From assembly GCF_963921235.1 (NCBI RefSeq), contig NC_086124.1:22692001-22756000 (forward strand): a stretch of 64,000 nt of DNA. Direction: 5' to 3'. Shown piece after piece: positions 57,224 to 64,000 of this stretch. A program made the position numbers and the translations under genes. The notes beneath the pieces are model-generated. The model searched no databases. It saw nothing but the letters and a program-made list of their open reading frames with translations, and had not been told where the DNA came from. Each line of letters begins with the position of its first letter. Position 1 is the stretch's first letter. The DNA comes from Mobula hypostoma. Taxonomy: Eukaryota.

Positions 57224-58680
57224 GCAGCACGAAAAAGTTTGTGAACCTTTTACAATTACCTGGTTTTCTGAATTAATTCCTCATAAAAATGTGGTCTGAT
57301 CTTCATCTAAGTCACAATAATAGACAAACACAATCTGCCTAAAATAATAACACAAACAATTGTACCTCTCGTCAATACTGAATGCACCATTTAAACAATC
57401 ACAGCCTAGGTTCAGAAACGTATGTGAACGTCTGGAGTAACACCTTCTACAAAAGCTACTTGGAGTCGGTGTTCCAAACAATGAGATGAGATTGGAGGTG
57501 TGGGAAGTGGAGGTGCCCTGCTCTATAAAAAAGACACGCAAAGTCAGGTTACTGACAGAGCCTGCTATTCTCAAGAAAGATCTGTTTATGTGCACCATGC
57601 CGTGATCAAAACAGCTGTCAGAGGACCTTAGAAGAATTGTAGCGATGCATGAAGCTGGAAAAGGCTACAAAAGCATTTCTAAAGACCTGAGTGTTCATCA
57701 GTCCACAGTAAGAGAAATTGTCTACAAATGTTGGATATTCAGTACTATTGCTACTCTCCCTCGGAGTGGGTATCCTGCAAGGATCACACCAGGAGCACAA
57801 CATGCAATGTGAAGGAGGTGAAAAAGAACCCAAGGGTAACAGCAAAAGGTATGCAGAAACCTCTAGAACTTGCTAAAAGTCTCTGTTCATATGTCTTTTA
57901 TAAGAAATACACTGAAAAAGAATGGTGGTCATGGAACGACACCACAGAGGAAACCTCTGCTCTCCAAAAAAAAAATCATCTGCGCATCTCAAATTTGCAA
58001 AAGACCACCTGGGTGTTCCATAACGCTTCTGGAACAATGTTATGTAGAAGATGAGGCAAAAGTTGAACTTTGTGGCAGAAATGCACACCAGTATGTTTGG
58101 AGGTAAACGGGCACTGTACACCAACACCAAGACCTCATCCCAACTGTGAAGCCTGGTGGAAGGAGCATCAGGTTTTGGGGCTGCTTTGCCGTCTCAGGGC
58201 CTGGACGGCTTCAGTCTTTGAGGGAATATTGTATTAAGACATCTTACAGGAGAATGTCAGGGTAGTGGTCTGTCACCTGAAGCTTAATAGAAGTTGGATG
58301 ATGCAACACAACAATGATCCAAGTGACAAGAGTAAATCAACAACGGAAAAAGAAGAAATTTCATGTTTTGGAATGGCCAAGTCAGAGTCCAGACCTTAAC
58401 CCAATTGCATTGCTGCTGTGGTATGACCTGAAGAGGCTGTTCATGCAAGGTAACCCAGAAATATTGATGAACTGAAACAGTTTTGTATGGAGAAGTCATC
58501 TAAAATTCCTCCTCGCTGCTGTGCAAGTTTAATCAGCAGCTACAGGAAATGTTTGGAGGTTATTGCTGGTAAAGGAGGTACAACCAGTTATTAAATACAA
58601 AGGTTCTCGTACTTTTTCCAGCCTGGACTGTGAATGATTAAACAATGTGTTCAATAAGGACATAAAAAGTACAATTGTGT
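57224..58680 (+). mobile_element. Decayed Tc1-family DNA transposon (IR/DR-like ends)
   Basis: Frameshifted transposase ([39 protein letters not shown]); terminal-type repeats aaaagtttgtgaacc (~57232), cgtatgtgaacg (~57419) and inverted ggttctcgtactttt (~58602). Confidence 0.85.
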
Positions 58681-60234
58681 GTTTTGACTGAAGAAGTGTC
58701 TTGGCACGAAATGTTGACTGTTTATTAATTTCCATAGATGCTATCTGGCCTGCTGAGTTCCTCCAACACTCTGTGCGTGCTGCTATAGGTTAATAGCATC
58801 TGCAGAATCTCTAGTGCTTGTGTTGCTTGCGTCTATGACCACATAGTCCCAAGATGTGTGTGGGTGGCAAGCCTTTGGACTGTGGGAGGAAACCAGGGCA
58901 CCTGGAGGAAATCCACATGGTCATGGGGAGAATAGACAAACTCCTTACAGACAGTGGTGGGAGTTCATCCCTGATCTTACAGCTTGCATTGTGCTTTGTT
59001 ACATTGCTGTGTCACCCAATGGGAGGGCACAGCCTCAGAATAAAGCAAGGTCCCTTTATTGACAAATTGGTTTATTAATGACACAAAGTACAGTGAGATT
59101 TTGATTGGCCTTCTGATGATCTGTGGGGGTCTGATTTGCTGTCCACTGCTCTGAAGGCTCTGATTAGTCCTCTTTTGCTTTGTGAGGCTCTGATTGGCCC
59201 TTTTTTGGCCTGTGAGGCTTTGATTGGCTCTCCATTGCTCTAAAGCGCCTGATTTGTCCTCTTTAGGTCTGTGAAATTCTGATTGGCAGAATGCTGGTCT
59301 CTGAGGCAGTAGTTAACCCTCCACCTGTGAGAGTTTGTGTGGCCCCACATTCTTCATTGAGTTCCTCATTAGAGGGTATGAGAGAGGAAGGAGGTGTAGG
59401 GAATTGGAGCAAGGGGAATAATATCCTTTGTGGCCATTCCACCCATCTTGTGTATGGCAGCTCACAGGGCAATCCTGTTCTCCAGTAGTGTCTCTGTAAC
59501 AGATCAGCTCACCAAGTCCACGGTGACTTGGCTGTTTGGATCCAATGTAAGGGGAATGTTTACAGTAGATGACACGATTCTTAATAGTACAGAGGGATCT
59601 TGGGAGTCCAAGCACATAGCTCTCTGAGAGTTGGTAAGGTAGTAAAGGAAGCTTATGGCACACTTGTCCCCATCAGTCGCCATGCTAAGCTTTAGAGTCA
59701 AGAGGCAGCTGCGTAAAGCAATGATGATTCAAGATTATTTATTGTGCTTCTTCAGTACACGAGTGTAAAGGAGAAGGAAATGATTGTTGCTCTGGATCTG
59801 ATGCAAGGTTAAAAAAAAAACCACATTGAGTATAAAGAACACAATAAATATCAATATTAAAGTAATTCTATAAAACACAGCATTCTGGTAACTGCTATAT
59901 ACATACGGGGGGGGGGATAGTGAGGTGCAGTACTGTGCAAATATCTTAGGTGCATATACTTAGCTAGGCTGCTTAAGACTTTTCCACAGAACTGTCGTAA
60001 TTTGACTTTCCAGTTACCAAATAACACAATGCTACTGAGCTAATACAAAGCTAAGCATTCTTATTTCTGCTTCCCAATCACCTTTGTGTTTTAACCAAAG
60101 ACTTAGACGCCCAAGCTATATATAGGTTCCTAATTCCTGTTTATCAACTAGTGTTTACGGTCACGTGAACAAGTACACATCCAATGGAAAGGCTTGTAAC
60201 AGCAGTGTCGCAGACACATTTGGCAGGATAACCT

Positions 60235-60769
60235 CTCAGTGACCTCTTTATTAACTACACCTGTGCACCTGCTCGTGAATGAAAATATCTAATCAGCATC
60301 TCAATGCCTAAGAGCATGCCGACATGGTCAAGAGGTTCGGTTGTGTTCAGACCAAACATCAGAATGGGGAAATGTGATCTAAGTGACTTTGACCGTGGAA
60401 TGATTGTTGGTGCCAGACAGGGTGGTTTGAGTATCTCAGAAACTCCTGGGTTTTTCACACACACAGCCTCTAGAGTTTACTGAGAATGGTGCAAAAAAAA
60501 AACATTCAGTGAGTTCTGTGGGTAAGAATGCCTTGTTATTGAGTGAGGTCAGAGGAGAATGGCCAGATTGGTTCAAGCTGACAGAAAGGTGACAGTAACT
60601 CAGACAACCACGTGTTACAGCAACAGTGGTGTACAGAAGAGCATCTCCGAATGCACAACATGTCCAACCTTGAAGTGGATGGGCTTACAGCACCAGAATA
60701 CCACAAACATACACTCAGGGGCCACTTTATAGGTATAGGAAGTACCCAATAAATCGGCCACTGAGTGTA
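60235..60769 (+). mobile_element. Non-autonomous Tc1-like element remnant
   Basis: MGKCDLSDFDRGMIVGAR-type start; TIR-like tacactcag.ggccacttta / taaatcggccactgagtgta. Confidence 0.7.
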
Positions 60770-60882
60770 CGTCGTGTGTCACCGGGCCCCGGCAAATTTT
60801 AGGTTTTCTGCTGCTGTAGAGCTGGTTGGATGAGCAATGCCTTGTAGTTCACCCGGGTAGCCTCCCACCTGACAGCAAGAGC

Positions 60883-61018
60883 AGTCCTGAAGAAGATTGT
60901 CGGCCGGAAACGTCGACTTTATTTCTCTCCATAGATGTCGCCTGACCTGCTGAGTTCCTCCAGCATTTTTGTGTGTGTTGCTGTGGATTTCCAGCATCTG
61001 CAGACTTCCTCGGGTTTA
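60883..61018 (+). mobile_element. Older Penelope-terminus copy with hammerhead motif (CUGAAGA)
   Basis: agtcCTGAAGA...GAAAcgtcgact followed by the family's gatg.cgcctgacctgctgagttcctccagc tail. Confidence 0.75.
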
Positions 61019-62219
61019 TAGCAAGAACACTGATTTCTCAACCTTACGGTAATTCCTCCCTCTGCTCTTCATTCATTTCCCATTCTGGCTCCTCCCTTAT
61101 CCCTTCTCTTCTCCTCACCTGCCTATCACCTCCCTCTGATGCCTCTCCTCTCCTATCAGATTTCTCCTTCATCAGCCCTTTCCCACCAATCACCTTCCAG
61201 CTTCTCACTTCATCTCCACCTCTGCTACCCACCCACCTTTCCCCTCACCAGCCCTCACCAATCATGTTCTAGCTTGTAGTTCTTTCCCTCCCCCCCCCTT
61301 CTTATTCTGGCTTCTTCCTCCACGGATGCCACCTACCCTCCTCCAACTTTTTGTGTGTGTCCCTCTGGATTTGAAGCATCTGCAGAAACTCTTGTGTTTG
61401 TGTAATGTGTTGCTTGCGTCAACGACCAACACAGTCCGGAGATGTGATGTGAGTAGCAAGCAAGTGTTACCACGCTTCCAACACCAACATAGCATACCCA
61501 CACCTTACTAATGTTAACCCTTACATCTGTGTGAGGAAACCGGAGCACCTGCAGAGAACGTACAAACACTGTACAGACAGCAGCAGAAATTCATCCCTGA
61601 TCTTACAGCTTACAGCTTGCACTGTGCTCCATACAGCCTCAGAATAAAGGAGAGTCACTTTATTGGCAAATTGGTTTGTTGTCACAATGTACAGGGATAC
61701 AATGAGATTTTGATTGGTCCTCTGATGATCTGTGAGGTTCTGACTGGCTCGCCACTGACTGTTCTAAAGGCTCTGATTGGCTCTCTTTTGGTCTGTGAGA
61801 TTGTGATTGGCTCTCCACTACTCTAAAGGATCTGATTGGCCCTCTTTTGGTCTGCGAGATTCTGATTGGCAGTCTGCTGATCTGTGAGGCAATAGCCCTC
61901 CAACTCTCTGAGAGGGTTTTTTTTTTGGCTGCCATGTTTTTCTTTTGAGTTCCTCAAAGTTCAAAGTAACATTTATGATCAGAGTACATACATGTCACAG
62001 CCGTCTGCGGCAATGAATTCCACAGACTCACCACCCTCTCGCTAAAGAAGTTCCTCCTCATTACTGTTCTGAATAGACGTCCCTCTATTCGGAGCCTGTG
62101 CTCTCCGGTCCTAGACTCTCCCACTGTAGGAAACATCCTCTCCATGTCCACTCTATCTTGGCGATAGGTTTCCCTCATTCTTCTAAACTCGCACTCTATC
62201 TTTATTCATTCTTTATACA

Positions 62220-62568
62220 CCGTGTCGTGTGATCTGAGCGATCACGGTCTTTCCATGACGTTTGGTCTTGGCAAATTTGTCTACAAAAGTGGTTTGCCAT
62301 TGCCTTCTGGGCAGTGCCTTTACAAGACAAGTGACCCCAGCCATTACCAACACCCTTCAGAGATTGTCTGCCTGGCGTCAGTGGTCGCACAACCAGGATT
62401 TGAGATAATGCTCTAGCTGTTCATATGACCATCCACCACCTGCTCCCATGGCTTCACGCGACTCTGGTTGCTGGGGGGGGGGGTGCTACACCTTGCCCAA
62501 GGGTGATCTGCAGGCCAGTGGAGGGAAGGAGCACCTTACACCTCCTTTGGTAGAGATGTATCTCCACC
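62220..62568 (-). mobile_element. ~350 bp SINE-like repeat with an RTE-type tail; other copies at 8720-9027(-), 41490-41800(-), 21860-21946+24480-24730(+)
   Basis: Shared ggtcacccttgggcaaggtgtagcacc and ggcaatggcaaaccacttctg segments. Confidence 0.7.
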
Positions 62569-63102
62569 CAATCTAGGCGTAAAAATATTCGATAAGTTTC
62601 ACTGAGATCCCTCCTAAACTCCAGCGAGTGCAGGCCCAGAGCTATCACACATTCGTCACCCACTGTTGCAGATGCCTCTTCTCACAGCTCGTCCCACATA
62701 TCTACAACATCCTGTGCAAAGAAGTTGCTAATCGCTTCCCTTTCAAATCTTTCCCCTCTAGCCCAAAATCTATGCCCTCTAATTCTGGTTTGCCCACGTC
62801 TGGGAGAAAAGGACTTTGTCTTCATTGCTTCCTAAAGTCACGAGGGGCATAATTTGAATAGTCCCCTAATCCTGACCTTAGTGCATTGACAATAAAATGC
62901 AGATGTTAATTGTTCTCCTCCACAATCTCCATCAGTACATAGTCCCCTGCTCTATTTGATTTGCACTTATGACTGTGTGGCCAATGCCATCTTCAAATTT
63001 GCTGATGACACAACTGCCGTAGCAAAGGTGGTGAATCAGCGTACAGGAAGGAAATGGAAAATCTAACTGAGTGGTACCACGACAACAACCTCTCACTCAA
63101 TG

Positions 63103-63236
63103 CAAACACGAGGAATTCTGCAGATGCTGGAGTTTCAAGCAACACACATCAAAGTTGCTGGTGAACGCAGCAGGCCAGGCAGCATCTCTAGGAAGAGGTA
63201 CAGTCGACGTTTTGGGCCGAGACCCTTCGTCAGGAG
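63103..63236 (-). mobile_element. Short Penelope-terminus copy (hammerhead GAAA mutated to AAAA), 13-bp TSD, inserted in a Rex/Babar RT fragment
   Basis: CTCTCACTCAATG at 63090-63102 and 63237-63249. Confidence 0.88.
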
Positions 63237-64000
63237 CTCTCACTCAATGTCTGCAAGACCAAGGAGCTGATTATTGACTTCAGGAGGAGGAAGCCAGAGG
63301 CCCACGAGCCACTCCTCATTGGGGGATCAGAGGTGGAGAGGCTCAGCAGCTTTAAATTCTTCGGAGATATTATTTTGGAGGACCTGACCTGGTCCCAGCA
63401 TGTAAGTGCAACTATAAAGAAAATAGATGTGGTGGAGAGCATCAAAGCCTGGTATGGAAAACACCAAAGCCCTTAAACAGAAAATCCTACAAAAAGCAGT
63501 GGACACGGCCCAGTCCATCACAGGTAAAGCCCTCCCCACCATTGAGCACATCTACACAAAACGCTGCTGCTGGGAAGCAGCATCCATCAGCAGAAACCCC
63601 CCAACACCCAGGTGTTCTCATCTTGCTGCTGCCATCAGGAAAAGACACAGGAGCCTCTTTCTGCACTAATTATTTAATTTAACTTTATAAAAAATTATAT
63701 ATACTTTCTGTAATTTACAGCAACATTTGGGTTGTGGGGTTATGTCTCTATCAAAGAAGCTGTAAGGTGCTCCTATGCCCTTTTGTACTTGAAATTTCAA
63801 CCCTGTGTCAAAAATACCAACTGTCTATTTATCCTTGTAACTTTAAAGACTTTATCGGGTCTCCCATCAACTTCTGACATGGTCTGACCTCTCCTGGTAG
63901 CTCATACTATCCAATCCAGACAGCATCATGGTGAACCTCTTCTGTGCTCTCTCCAAAGCCTACACATCCTTCCTGTAATGCAGTACTCCAGACGCGGCCT

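Overview
This is vertebrate genomic DNA, most likely from a cartilaginous fish (ray or shark). That assignment is inferred from the repeat set: HE1/V-SINE-type SINEs, abundant CR1, Rex1/Babar and Neptune-type Penelope elements. Three complete spliced genes can be rebuilt by hand with consistent phases and GT-AG introns: GPKOW (+, 11 coding exons, 4549-18919, 482 aa), TIMM17B (-, 6 coding exons, 43803-26096, 169 aa) and PQBP1 (+, 6 coding exons, 46874-56569, 199 aa). TIMM17B and PQBP1 are head-to-head on a shared CpG-island promoter, as at human Xp11.23. The rest is dense with retroelement fragments, MITEs, a solo LTR, a decayed Tc1 and several minisatellites. The most striking non-genic signal is a family of about 12 minimal type-I hammerhead ribozyme motifs (AGUC-CUGANGA-A-stem II-GAAA-CGUC-GACU) showing compensatory base changes. 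They are carried by a TSD-flanked, inverted-repeat Penelope insertion (21947-24479) and by many ~100-190 bp solo copies. Other notable points: a PQBP1 lacking most of the polar repeat domain and the PY-NLS, a GAG 3' splice site and a possible poison acceptor in GPKOW, and a 1.7 kb minisatellite of 5'-splice-site-like, G-rich units in a PQBP1 intron. Most long ORFs in the supplied track are repeat artefacts. All calls were made by eye, without database searches.
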